Origin: an uncultured Collinsella sp.
GTDB taxonomy: Bacteria; Actinomycetota; Coriobacteriia; Coriobacteriales; Coriobacteriaceae
Assembly: GCA_959018755.1 (NCBI GenBank)
Contig: CAUEMA010000004.1
Location: 12,919-76,918, forward strand
Direction: 5' to 3'
DNA length: 64,000 nt
Shown here: positions 40,821-50,539 of the stretch, piece after piece
How positions within the stretch are numbered: the first letter of the stretch is position 1
Layout: every line of letters starts with the position of its first letter
Made by a program: the position numbers and the translations under genes
Notes under the pieces: generated by a model
What the model was told of the DNA's origin: nothing
Database searches by the model: none
What the model saw: only the letters and a program-made list of their open reading frames with translations

Positions 40821-41939
40821 ATGAATCCAAATCCCTTTAAGCCCACGGCTGGCAAGCGGCCTCCGATACTCGTCGGTCGCGAGTCGGTCATCGAAGATTT
40901 CGAGGAAGGGCTCGATAATGGCGCCGGAGCGCCGGGTAGGCTCATGCTCATTACGGGAAACCGCGGCTGCGGCAAGACGGTTCTCCTGCGGGAGCTGCAA
41001 CGTCTGGCCAGCGAGCGCGGATGGGCGGTTGTCTCCGATTCCGCTTCGCTTGGCTTATGCGACCGCTTGGCCGACGCGCTTCGCTCGAATAAACCCGTTG
41101 TGACGTCAATGGAGTTCGGTCCGTCGTTTGGTCGGATGTCGGTCGAGGCGGCGCGGGCAAAGGGCGAGACGTTGCGAGGGCTGGTCAACAAGCGCCTTAA
41201 GAAGCTCGGTCCAGGCAAGGGCATCCTGTTTGCGATTGACGAGGCGCAATCGGCGTCTATCGAGGAACTGGCGGCTCTTGCCGTTCTCTATCAGCAGGTG
41301 CTCGGAGACCAGGATGCCACGGGCTTGCCCGATAGCGACCAGCGCGGTCTTGCGCTGGTGTTCGCCGGCTTACCCAGTATGGTTGACGACCTGCTCGAAG
41401 AGCCGAGCGTGACGTTTTTGCGGCGTGCCCAGCAGCGTACGCTGGGGGCGATATCTTTGCCCAAGGTGCGCGATTCATATGTCCGGACGGTCAAAGACGC
41501 TGGTCTTTACGTTGACGCGGAGACGGCGGACCTTGCGGCGCGCAAGAGCATGGGGCATCCCTACATGGTTCAGCTGGTGGGCTATTACATGTGGCGGTCT
41601 GCTGTCCGGCGTGGCTCGCAGGCCATTGAAGAGCGCGATGTCGAGGATGGTCATGCGGATGCCGTCTCCGAGTTCTACGAAGCGGTTGACGCGCCCCTGT
41701 ATTACGGGCTGCGCAGTCCGCAACGCCTCTTTATCGAGGCTATGGCTGCTGATGAGGGTAAACCGACGCGCATGGCGGATATCATTGAGCGCTGTGATCG
41801 TACCCAGAGCTGGGCGAGTAAATATCGCGCAAGCCTGATTCGCGAGCGCGTCATCGAGGCTGCCGGATACGGCCTCGTCCGGTTTACCGTGCCCATGCTG
41901 GGCGAGTATATCCGCGACCGCATTTTATGGCACGAGTAG
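40821..41939 (+). CDS. P-loop ATP-binding protein (AAA_16-like) with probable C-terminal winged helix
   Basis: NPFKPTAG..P..LVGRE, GNRGCGKT, FAIDEAQ, GHPYMVQL. Confidence 0.85.
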   Translation: MNPNPFKPTAGKRPPILVGRESVIEDFEEGLDNGAGAPGRLMLITGNRGCGKTVLLRELQRLASERGWAVVSDSASLGLCDRLADALRSNKPVVTSMEFGPSFGRMSVEAARAKGETLRGLVNKRLKKLGPGKGILFAIDEAQSASIEELAALAVLYQQVLGDQDATGLPDSDQRGLALVFAGLPSMVDDLLEEPSVTFLRRAQQRTLGAISLPKVRDSYVRTVKDAGLYVDAETADLAARKSMGHPYMVQLVGYYMWRSAVRRGSQAIEERDVEDGHADAVSEFYEAVDAPLYYGLRSPQRLFIEAMAADEGKPTRMADIIERCDRTQSWASKYRASLIRERVIEAAGYGLVRFTVPMLGEYIRDRILWHE

Positions 41940-41940
41940 G

Positions 41941-44445
41941 GTGATAAAGGTGACGGAACAGAAGATGAGCCCGCAGGCTATCGAGGTGCGCGGCGCGCGC
42001 GTACACAACCTCAAGGACGTCGATATCGATATCCCGCTGGGAAGGCTCGTGGGCATTGCCGGCGTGTCGGGTTCGGGCAAGAGTTCGCTGGCGTTGGGCG
42101 TCCTCTATGCCGAGGGCTCGCGTCGTTACCTGGAGGCGCTCAGCACCTATACTCGTCGTCGCCTGACGCAGGCTGAGCATGCCCAGGTAGACGAGGTACT
42201 GCATGTGCCGGCGGCGCTCGCGTTGCATCAACGCCCCAGCGTGCCAGGTGTGCGCTCGACCTTTGGCACCATGACCGAGCTCAACAATAGCCTGCGTCTG
42301 CTCTTTAGCCGTTGCGCCCATCACGTGTGCCCGCACTGCGGGGCGCGCGTGGAGCCGAGCCTTAACGTTGCCGCTGGCCTGTCGCTCACGTGCTCCGCAT
42401 GTGGTCGCGAGTTCTACGCGCCGAGCGCCGAGGATTTGGCTTTCAATAGTGGTGGTGCGTGCCCTACCTGCGGCGGCACCGGTGTCATGCGCGAGGTGGA
42501 CGAGGCGAGTCTGGTGCCCGATGAGTCCAAGACCATCAACGAAGGTGCGGTGCTTCCTTGGGGCACGCTCATGTGGGACCTGATGAAGCAAGTTGCCGGT
42601 GAGATGGGTGTGCGCACCGACGTGCCGTTTAACCAGCTCACGCCTCTAGAGCGCGACATCGTGTTCCATGGTCCGGCGGTTAAAAAGCACATTCTCTACG
42701 TTCCCAAAAACGGCGAGGGCGCCACGCCGCTCGACTTTACCTATTACAACGCCGTCTATACCGTTGAGAATGCGCTTGCCAAGGTTAAGGACGATAAGGG
42801 CCTCAAACGCGTTGCGCGCTTTTTGCGCGAGGGGCCATGCCGTGACTGTGGCGGCACGCGTCTCTCCGAGGCCGCGCGCCAGCCCCAGGTGCGCGGTATC
42901 AATCTGGCGCAGGCCGCGGCCATGACGCTGGGCGAGGCGATTGAGTGGGTGCGCGGGGTGCCCGCATCCTTGCCGGCCGAGATGCAGCCCATGGCGACGG
43001 ATATCTGCGATTCGTTTTTGAGCACGGCTCGTCGTCTGGTCGACCTGGGTCTCGATTACCTTTCACTCGACCGCGCCGGTGCCACGCTCTCCACGGGTGA
43101 GCGCCAGCGTGTGCAGCTCGCCCGCGTGGTACGCAATCGATCGACGGGCGTGCTTTATGTGCTGGACGAGCCCTCGATCGGCTTGCATCCGGCAAATGTC
43201 GACGGCCTGGTTGGCGTGATGCGCGACCTGGTAGGCGACGGCAACACCGTGGTTGTTGTCGACCACGATACGCGCGTACTGGCGGAAGCTGACTATCTGG
43301 TCGAGATGGGCCCCGTTGCCGGAGCAGGTGGCGGTAACGTGATCGCTGCAGGTACGGTGGACGAGGTCGAACAATCGCGGGGCAGCCGCATCGCCCCGTT
43401 TTTGCGCGCAGAGTCCAAGCGCATGCGTCCGCAGGTGACTGACGAGGAAATGTTCGACCAGGGACATATCCGCATGGCAACCGATGCCATTCATACCGTA
43501 AAACCGCTCGAAGTCGATATCCCGCGCGGCCGTCTCGTCGCGGTGACGGGCGTTTCGGGCTCGGGCAAGACGACGTTGGTGCTCGAGACACTCATCCCGG
43601 CACTTAAGGCACAGGCAGCTGGCGAGCGTCTGCCAAGACACGTGCGTTGGGTCGATGCCGAGGGTATTGCCCGCGCAAACCTGATTGACGCCACGCCCAT
43701 CGGCGCCAACGTGCGCTCGACGGTCGCAACCTATGCCGACATCCATGACGAGCTGCGTCGTGCCTTCGCCCGCACGCCCGAGGCCAAGGCAGCCGGCTAC
43801 AAGGCGGGTGCCTTTAGCTACAACACCGGCGCCTTGCGCTGCCCTACGTGCGATGGCACGGGCTCGATATCGCTCGATGTGCAGTTTTTGCCCGACGTCG
43901 AGATCGTCTGCCCGGCATGTCGCGGTTCGCGTTATGCGGACACGGCTTCGCGTATCCATCGTGAGGGCAAGGACGGGAGCTTGCTTACGTTGCCGCAGCT
44001 CATGGACATGAATGTGGACGAGGCTATCGACGCCACGGTGGGACTCAAGAAGGTTCAGGCGCGCTTGCAGACCTTGCACGACCTTGGCTTGGGCTATCTC
44101 ACACTCGGTGAGCCCACGCCGGCGCTATCGGGCGGCGAGGCTCAGCGTCTTAAGCTTGCGAGCGAGATGGGCCGCGTGCAGGATGATGCCATATTCGTAT
44201 TTGACGAGCCCACGATCGGCCTGCATCCGCTCGATGTCCAGGTGTTGCTGAGTGTGTTTGATGGCCTCGTTGCTAAGGGCGCCACGGTTATCGTGATCGA
44301 GCACGACCTCGACCTCATCCGTAACGCCGATTATGTGATCGACATGGGCCCGGGCGGTGGCGATGCGGGCGGGCAAATCGTCTGCGCTGGCACGCCTGGC
44401 GACATCGCGGCCTGCCCCACAAGCATTACCGGTCGCTACCTATAA
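41941..44445 (+). CDS. UvrA-like ABC ATPase (short class II paralogue)
   Basis: GARVHNLK, two GVSGSGK, LSTGERQR and LSGGEAQRLKLA, CxxC zinc fingers; 834 aa. Confidence 0.88.
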   Translation: MIKVTEQKMSPQAIEVRGARVHNLKDVDIDIPLGRLVGIAGVSGSGKSSLALGVLYAEGSRRYLEALSTYTRRRLTQAEHAQVDEVLHVPAALALHQRPSVPGVRSTFGTMTELNNSLRLLFSRCAHHVCPHCGARVEPSLNVAAGLSLTCSACGREFYAPSAEDLAFNSGGACPTCGGTGVMREVDEASLVPDESKTINEGAVLPWGTLMWDLMKQVAGEMGVRTDVPFNQLTPLERDIVFHGPAVKKHILYVPKNGEGATPLDFTYYNAVYTVENALAKVKDDKGLKRVARFLREGPCRDCGGTRLSEAARQPQVRGINLAQAAAMTLGEAIEWVRGVPASLPAEMQPMATDICDSFLSTARRLVDLGLDYLSLDRAGATLSTGERQRVQLARVVRNRSTGVLYVLDEPSIGLHPANVDGLVGVMRDLVGDGNTVVVVDHDTRVLAEADYLVEMGPVAGAGGGNVIAAGTVDEVEQSRGSRIAPFLRAESKRMRPQVTDEEMFDQGHIRMATDAIHTVKPLEVDIPRGRLVAVTGVSGSGKTTLVLETLIPALKAQAAGERLPRHVRWVDAEGIARANLIDATPIGANVRSTVATYADIHDELRRAFARTPEAKAAGYKAGAFSYNTGALRCPTCDGTGSISLDVQFLPDVEIVCPACRGSRYADTASRIHREGKDGSLLTLPQLMDMNVDEAIDATVGLKKVQARLQTLHDLGLGYLTLGEPTPALSGGEAQRLKLASEMGRVQDDAIFVFDEPTIGLHPLDVQVLLSVFDGLVAKGATVIVIEHDLDLIRNADYVIDMGPGGGDAGGQIVCAGTPGDIAACPTSITGRYL

Positions 44446-44447
44446 CC

Positions 44448-44482
44448 GAATGTGACAAAGGGGCAGTTCCTTTGTCACATTC
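44448..44482. repeat. REP-like palindrome family B / bidirectional terminator
   Basis: gaatgtgacaaagg-ggcagtt-cctttgtcacattc; contains the trmL stop. Confidence 0.7.
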
Positions 44483-45074
44483 CCGGAAAGCCTGTTTGGC
44501 GCAGGGCCTCGTAGAGGACGATGGCGGCGCTGTTGGAGAGGTTGAGTGCGTTGATGCGGTAGTCGTCCGGATTGACGAAGTTGCCGCAGATATCCTGCCG
44601 AAGGATGGCCTCATGGCTGTCCTCGGTATGTCCCAGCGATTCCTCGTGGGCTTCCCAGGCCTCGGCGTTGTCGAGTGAGTCACAATCGCGCAGCATCGGG
44701 ATGCGCTCGCAGCGCTCGGGCGCCGCGGCAAGCAGTGGCTCGGGAATGCCCGAGCTCTCGCTGCCAAAGACCAAGTAGTCGCCATCGCGGTAGGTGCTCT
44801 GCGCATAGGTGCGGCGTGCCTTTTTGGTCAGCAGATGCAGACGTTCGTCGGCAGGGGAGAGGCCGTTGCGCGCAAGGAAATCCTCCCAGCCGGCATAGGT
44901 CGTCACGTCCAAGTTTTGCCAGTAGCCCAGTCCGGCGCGACGCACCGTCTTGTCATCGAGCGAAAACCCCAGCGGCTCTACCAGATGCAGGCGGGCGCCG
45001 GCAACCACGCAGGTGCGGCCGATATTGCCCGTATTGGCCGGAATCTCGGGCGCATACAGCACGATGTTGAACAT
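44475..45074 (-). CDS. trmL: tRNA (C/U34-2'-O)-methyltransferase TrmL
   Basis: PEIPANTGNIGRTC, RRAGLGYW, LVFGSES.G, LNLSNSAAIVLYEA. Confidence 0.92.
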   Translation of the reverse strand: MFNIVLYAPEIPANTGNIGRTCVVAGARLHLVEPLGFSLDDKTVRRAGLGYWQNLDVTTYAGWEDFLARNGLSPADERLHLLTKKARRTYAQSTYRDGDYLVFGSESSGIPEPLLAAAPERCERIPMLRDCDSLDNAEAWEAHEESLGHTEDSHEAILRQDICGNFVNPDDYRINALNLSNSAAIVLYEALRQTGFPGM

Positions 45075-45095
45075 GAATCTCCTTGGCTCAGAACG

Positions 45096-45130
45096 AAAAA
45101 CCACCACGAAGGGTACCTTCGTGGTGGTTT
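45096..45130 (-). terminator. Intrinsic terminator after the COG0523 gene
   Basis: aaaccaccacgaagg/ccttcgtggtggttt, with a U-tract on the minus strand. Confidence 0.7.
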
Positions 45131-45169
45131 GGCGGTTATGTAGGCGGAAAAATGCCCGCTTGGATAAAC

Positions 45170-46300
45170 CTAGGCACGGTGCCAGTCGGTCAGGCAGGCA
45201 TCGAGGGAGGCGATGAGCGCATCCTTGTCCATGTGACGGCCGATGATGCACAGGCTCGTCATACGGTCGCCCGTCTCGTCGTCCCAAATCTGCATGATCT
45301 CGGGATTCTCGTCGATGATCTTCTGCTTCTCGCCCTCGGGCGCGGAGTCAACGAACAGACCGTTCTCCATTAGGCGCATCTGGTGGCCGGCCTGCTCAAA
45401 CATGTAGCACATGTCCGGATTGCCGGTCTGCCACAGCGGGCCCTTGACGCGAATGACCTCGTCGGGCCACTCCTGCTCAACAAAATTGGTGAACTTCTGC
45501 AGGTCAAATGGCTTGCGGCGCGAGTACACAAAGGTCTCGATGTCGTACTCGAGCACTTCGGGGTCGTCGTGCTCCTCGGGATGCTCCATGGCCTCGATCC
45601 AGGCGGCGGAGTTGTAGGCGCGCATAAAGTCGAAGCGGTCGGTATCGAGCAGCTCCTCCATGGGGACCTCGCCGTTTTGAGCCTCGACAATCACAGCGTC
45701 CTTCTGCAGGCTGCGCACGATGGCCTTGAGCTCGGCGATCTGCTCAGGGCTCACGGTATCGGTCTTGTTGAGAATCAGCGTGGAACAGAACTCGATCTGC
45801 TGGATGAGCAGGCTTTCGATGTCGTCCTCGTCGATATCCTCGGCCAGCAGGTCGCGACCGCCGTTGAACTCGTCGTACATGCGGGCGCAGTCGACCACAG
45901 CCACGATGTTGTCGAGCGCAAGCTTGGGCTGACCGCCCACCTTGGCCTCGTCGCAGAAGCTCGAGATGGTGTAGGCGATGGGGATGGGCTCGCAAATGCC
46001 CGAGGCCTCGATGATGATGTAGTCGAAGTCGCCCGAATCGGCGATGCCCTGCAGCTGGTTGGCCAGGTCGTCCGAAAGCGTGCAGCAGATGCAGCCGTTG
46101 GTGAGCGGGATGAGGTCGTCGGTCTCGGAAAGACCGCCGTCGGCGATAAGGCTGGCGTCGACGTTGATCTCGCCGATGTCGTTGACGATCACGGCGGCGC
46201 GGATGCCGCCGTCGTTAGCGAGGATGTGGTTGAGCAGCGTGGTCTTGCCGGCACCGAGGTATCCGGTAAGCATGATGATCTTCACGGGTTTGTTGGGCAT
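45170..46300 (-). CDS. COG0523/CobW-family G3E metallochaperone GTPase
   Basis: GYLGAGKTT, GCICC, IEASGI, NKTD, CobW_C-like RVKG. Confidence 0.92.
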   Translation of the reverse strand: MPNKPVKIIMLTGYLGAGKTTLLNHILANDGGIRAAVIVNDIGEINVDASLIADGGLSETDDLIPLTNGCICCTLSDDLANQLQGIADSGDFDYIIIEASGICEPIPIAYTISSFCDEAKVGGQPKLALDNIVAVVDCARMYDEFNGGRDLLAEDIDEDDIESLLIQQIEFCSTLILNKTDTVSPEQIAELKAIVRSLQKDAVIVEAQNGEVPMEELLDTDRFDFMRAYNSAAWIEAMEHPEEHDDPEVLEYDIETFVYSRRKPFDLQKFTNFVEQEWPDEVIRVKGPLWQTGNPDMCYMFEQAGHQMRLMENGLFVDSAPEGEKQKIIDENPEIMQIWDDETGDRMTSLCIIGRHMDKDALIASLDACLTDWHRA

Positions 46301-46386
46301 GTGCCCTCCTTTGTTAGACATGGCTTACAGTTAAATCTTATGCCAAACGTTCGCTCTTATACCCACGCGCCGGCAAATAACACAGG

Positions 46387-46728
46387 CTACTCCCAGGCTC
46401 CCCATACATCAGGGCAATAGCCGACGGTGGCCTTTTTGCCGTTGCGCACGATGGGCTCGGCCAAGACCTGCTGATTCTCGAGCAGTTTATCGAAGCGCTG
46501 ACTGGGGGTGAGGTGCTGGATGAGCGCGAGCGTCTCCTCGTCCTTGGCCTTGGGGTTGAGCAGCTTGTCGATGCCGCCGACCGCTTGCATTACGCTCGTA
46601 AGCTCGCCCTTGCTCATCTCCTTTTCCTTAAGGTCGATAAACTGCACCTTAATGCGGCGCTCTTTGAAGAAGCGCTGCGCTTTCTTGGTATCGAACGACT
46701 TCTTAGCCCCGAAGATTTGAATATTCAT
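46387..46728 (-). CDS. ArsC/Spx-family protein
   Basis: IQIFGAKKSFDTKKAQRFFKER...PIVRNGKKATVGY. Confidence 0.8.
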   Translation of the reverse strand: MNIQIFGAKKSFDTKKAQRFFKERRIKVQFIDLKEKEMSKGELTSVMQAVGGIDKLLNPKAKDEETLALIQHLTPSQRFDKLLENQQVLAEPIVRNGKKATVGYCPDVWGAWE

Positions 46729-46740
46729 GGCCCCGCCGCT

Positions 46741-47367
46741 CTATCGAATGAAGTTGGTCGTTGCGCGATCGGCTTCGGGCGCGTTGATACCGGCGGCCTG
46801 ACCTGCCTCGATGCAGCGCAGGAGCCAGGCCATGTTCTTGCCGATGTTTCGCATGGTGGCAAGGCCCTCGGCGTCCCCATCGGCGTCGCCGGGCACGCGG
46901 CCAAACACGTTGTTCCAGTAGGTGGAAGCAACCACGGGCATTTGCTTAATGGTGAAGTACTTGTTGAGCACATCGAAGGTGGTCGACGTACCGCCGCGAC
47001 GGGCGACGGCGACTGCGGCGCCGGGTTTGTGCTCAAAGGCATGCCCGCCTGCATAGAAGGCGCGATCGAGGGCCGAAAGGATGCGGCCGCTGGGGTGCGC
47101 GTAGTAGACGGGCGAGCCAAAGACAAAGCCGTCGGCCTGTTCGGCGGCAGCGATCAGCTCGTTGACCACGTCGTCGTCAAAGGTGCAGCGTCCGCCAAGC
47201 TTGCCGCACTGACCGCAGCCGATGCAGTCGCGAATGGGCTTGGCGCCCAGCTGAAACACCTCGGTATCAATGCCTTCGGCATTGAGCTGCTCGGCGACTT
47301 CGGCGAGTGCGCGGGCGGTGTTGCCGTTTGCCTTGGGGCTGCCATTGACCAAAAGAACCTTCATCAC
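46741..47367 (-). CDS. Flavodoxin-family / iron-sulfur flavoprotein
   Basis: NGSPKANGNT, CIGCGQC....C, GSPVYY, RRGG. Confidence 0.9.
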   Translation of the reverse strand: MMKVLLVNGSPKANGNTARALAEVAEQLNAEGIDTEVFQLGAKPIRDCIGCGQCGKLGGRCTFDDDVVNELIAAAEQADGFVFGSPVYYAHPSGRILSALDRAFYAGGHAFEHKPGAAVAVARRGGTSTTFDVLNKYFTIKQMPVVASTYWNNVFGRVPGDADGDAEGLATMRNIGKNMAWLLRCIEAGQAAGINAPEADRATTNFIR

Positions 47368-47475
47368 AAACTCCCTCTGCTGTCGGTGACTTCTGCGGAG
47401 GATTATCGCACGAGAGGGTAGATGGCGTGGGGCGCGAAGTGAAACGGCTCGTGTTTCACATCGCGCCCCACAACG

Positions 47476-49005
47476 CTAGTCCAGCTTGGTGCCCGGTACT
47501 TGCGGCGCCTCTTTAAGCAACGCTTTGAGCTCGTTCAAAATGGAAACGGGCTGTCGATCAACGCTGTCCAGATGAAGCGTCGCCACACGAATGGGTGGCT
47601 GATATTCAAGCGAGCCGATGAGCACGGGAGAACCCAGGAACCGCTCGATTTCTTCTGCGATCGCGTCGGTCTCTTCGGGATCAAAGTCGTCGAAAAGCGC
47701 CGCGAATGCCGGCCCCGTCGAGCGGAACAGGCGACCCTTGCCGCGCGAGCATTCCATGAGGCAGGCGGCGCTTTCTGCCAAAACGCGGTCGCCCGCATCA
47801 AAGCCAAAGCGGGCATTGACCTGAGCGATATCGTCGATTTTAATGGCGATCAAACCAGCCCTGCGCGCCACGCGACGCATTTCGCCAATGGCGTTGACCA
47901 GGGCGTGAATATCGCCCAGGCCGGTCACAGAATCAGTCGTATCTGCCAAGCTTCGGTTGACGATAATGCCTACATACATGCTGGGCTCGGTATCGGTGCC
48001 GTCCAAGCGGTAGCCCGTGCAGTCGCAAAGCACGTACGCTCCGGTGGCATCCATTACGCGATACTGCATGTAGTGGAAGTGCCACGTGCTGTTTATCACC
48101 ATGTCGAGCTCGGCGCGTACGTTGTCGCGGTCCTCGGGATGAACGCGGGCGAGCCACATGTCGAGTGAGTTAAAAGGGTGCTGGGAGGGCAGGTCAAAAT
48201 CGCGCACGGCGTTAACCGACCATTGCGATTCTCCCGTATCGAGGTTAAGGATGAACGGATAGCGCGTCTCGGAGCTCATGGAGATCGCTTGGAACACCCG
48301 GTCGTTGCAGGGAAGCTGATCGACGATTGGGCGTTGCGGTGCGTCATCGCCTTTCAGTTGCTGCACACGATGCATGAGCTTATAGCGATACATCTTGCGA
48401 TCGGCATCCATCGTCATCTGGCGACGCGTGTCGCCGGCAAGCGGGTCGACGCGCGAGCAGCCAAAGCTAAAGCTGCCGATCATGGGCGCCTTGCCGCCTG
48501 AGCTCGCCTCGATCAGCCCGGTACGTACCTGCTCCAAGCGCTGCTCGAGTTCAGTCTCGTTTGCGGAGAGCGAGATGAGCACAAACTCGTCTCCACCGAT
48601 ACGGAACAGCATCTCATCGTGTTCCATGGTTTCGGAGAGCGTGCGGCAGATGCTCAGAATATAGCGATTGCCTTCGGCGTGGCCAAACCTATCATTGCAA
48701 TGCTTGAGATGGTCGATGTCAATATAGGCGCAGGTGAAGGGGTCGCCTTTGCGCCAGAGTTGCTCGACGTGACGGTCGAATCCGTTGCGGTTGCCCAAGT
48801 TGGTGAGCGGATCGATATAGGCGTTGCTCTCAAGCAGCCGGCGCTCTTGCTGCAGGATGGCGTGCGTCTTTTGCAGTTGCTCGCCAACGGCGCGTAGCCC
48901 AGCAGGCAGCGCGGCAACATCGAGTTCGGCGGTCGAGATGCCATTCGCAAGTCGCTGAAGATAGGCAATAATCGATTGCTCGCCCAGGCGATATGATTCG
49001 TTCAT
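47476..49005 (-). CDS. Diguanylate cyclase: GGDEF + PAS + degenerate GGDEF
   Basis: DPLTNLGNR, NDRFGHAEG, RIGGDEF; VHPEDR PAS; second domain has RSTGPAF in place of GGDEF. Confidence 0.88.
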   Translation of the reverse strand: MNESYRLGEQSIIAYLQRLANGISTAELDVAALPAGLRAVGEQLQKTHAILQQERRLLESNAYIDPLTNLGNRNGFDRHVEQLWRKGDPFTCAYIDIDHLKHCNDRFGHAEGNRYILSICRTLSETMEHDEMLFRIGGDEFVLISLSANETELEQRLEQVRTGLIEASSGGKAPMIGSFSFGCSRVDPLAGDTRRQMTMDADRKMYRYKLMHRVQQLKGDDAPQRPIVDQLPCNDRVFQAISMSSETRYPFILNLDTGESQWSVNAVRDFDLPSQHPFNSLDMWLARVHPEDRDNVRAELDMVINSTWHFHYMQYRVMDATGAYVLCDCTGYRLDGTDTEPSMYVGIIVNRSLADTTDSVTGLGDIHALVNAIGEMRRVARRAGLIAIKIDDIAQVNARFGFDAGDRVLAESAACLMECSRGKGRLFRSTGPAFAALFDDFDPEETDAIAEEIERFLGSPVLIGSLEYQPPIRVATLHLDSVDRQPVSILNELKALLKEAPQVPGTKLD

Positions 49006-49132
49006 GATGGATAACCTCCTTGGGCGGAACAGCGGTTTGTATCATATCCCCAATTCGGTTTGAATTGGGGATATAAGTTAACTAATGGAGGCAAATTCCC
49101 CCTTCGGCGGTGGTGTTTTGCGCGCGAGCGTA

Positions 49133-49430
49133 TCAGTTGTTATTGCCACCATCGAGCAATGCCTCAAAATCCTTCGCTGGCATGGGGCGGTAGTAGAGGA
49201 AGCCTTGAGCGTCGCGGGCGCCCATTTGCCGTAGCACGTTCGCCTGCTCATTTGTCTCGACGCCTTCGACCACGACGGGCAGATGGAGCGAATGCGCCAT
49301 CTCGAGCATTGATGAAATGATTTGCGTGCTGCGGCCATGATCGCCGTCGATGGGTGCAATCTGCCAAATGTGCTTGTCGAGCGTCACCATAAAGCCGCTT
49401 TCCTCGAGTGCGGGGATATGGGTGCACATG
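49133..49430 (-). pseudogene. C-terminal EAL phosphodiesterase fragment (5' boundary approximate)
   Basis: TLDK...VVVEGVETNEQ...QGFLYYRPMP present; N-terminal EAL and DDFGTG motifs absent. Confidence 0.7.
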
Positions 49431-49557
49431 CTGTGGGCGGCTATCATTCGACAAGCGGTAGCGCGATGATGCGATGTTCGATAAAAATGCGACTGGGACG
49501 ATATATGTTGACGGGTATACTTGTCCCGTTTTAAAACGCAGGAACGGAGATGGTCGC

Positions 49558-50427
49558 ATGGCACAGCCAAATATGACGCGCACGGTGGGGCTGGCGCTCG
49601 AGGGGGGCGGCTACCGCGGTATGTATACGGCGGGCGTGCTCGACGTTTGGATGGAGCACGGTTTGACCTGCGACCATATGGTGGGCGTCTCGGCGGGCGC
49701 GGCGTTTGGCTACAACTTTAAATCGCGCCAGATCGGCCGCGCCATTCGCTACAACAAGGCCTATTGCGCCGACAAGCGCTATGCGAGCGTGACCAGCTGG
49801 CTGCGAACCGGCGATATGTTCAATGCCGACTTTGCTTATCACGAGGTGCCTATCGAGCGCGATCCCATCGACCTGGAGACATATCGTGCCTGCCCCATGC
49901 GGTTTACGTGCGTGTGTACCGATATCGAGACGGGCAAGGCCGTCTACCACGACCTGCCCTATGGCGACGAGAGGGATATCGAGTGGATCCGGGCATCGTC
50001 GGCGATTCCTGTGGCGACGCGCCCTGTTGCCATTGAGGGCCGTAAGTACCTGGATGGCGGCGTGGCTGATTCCATTCCCAGCGCTTGGTTGTTTGCGCAG
50101 GGGTATGACCGCAATATCGTGGTGCTCACACAGCCGGCGGGCTTTGTGAAGCAGCCCAACAGTGTGATGCCCATGCTGCGGCGCGTGTTCCGTCACTACC
50201 CGGAGTTTGTCGCAGCGCTTGAGCATCGGCATGAGGTCTACAATGCCACGCTCGATGACCTGGCGCGTCGCGAGGCTGCCGGCGAAATCTATGTGGTGCG
50301 GCCGAGCGAATCGGTGAAGGTGCCGTCGCTGTGCCGCGAACCGGATGAGCTCGAGCGCATCTACCAGGTCGGCCGCCACGATGCGGAGGCGACTTTGCCG
50401 GCGTTGGAAGCGTATCTGGCGGGGTAG
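49558..50427 (+). CDS. Patatin-family phospholipase
   Basis: LEGGGYRG, GVSAG, DGG. Confidence 0.92.
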   Translation: MAQPNMTRTVGLALEGGGYRGMYTAGVLDVWMEHGLTCDHMVGVSAGAAFGYNFKSRQIGRAIRYNKAYCADKRYASVTSWLRTGDMFNADFAYHEVPIERDPIDLETYRACPMRFTCVCTDIETGKAVYHDLPYGDERDIEWIRASSAIPVATRPVAIEGRKYLDGGVADSIPSAWLFAQGYDRNIVVLTQPAGFVKQPNSVMPMLRRVFRHYPEFVAALEHRHEVYNATLDDLARREAAGEIYVVRPSESVKVPSLCREPDELERIYQVGRHDAEATLPALEAYLAG

Positions 50428-50449
50428 GGCAAACTGCCGTGGACTCGGC

Positions 50450-50495
50450 GGAAAGCGCATCCCGGAATGGAGGTCCAAACTGGGATGCGCTTTCC
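50450..50495. terminator. Hairpin between convergent genes
   Basis: ggaaagcgcatccc/gggatgcgctttcc. Confidence 0.65.
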
Positions 50496-50539
50496 ATTGC
50501 TGAAGATATGAGGCTGCGGATCAGCTGCTCGGCTTATGT

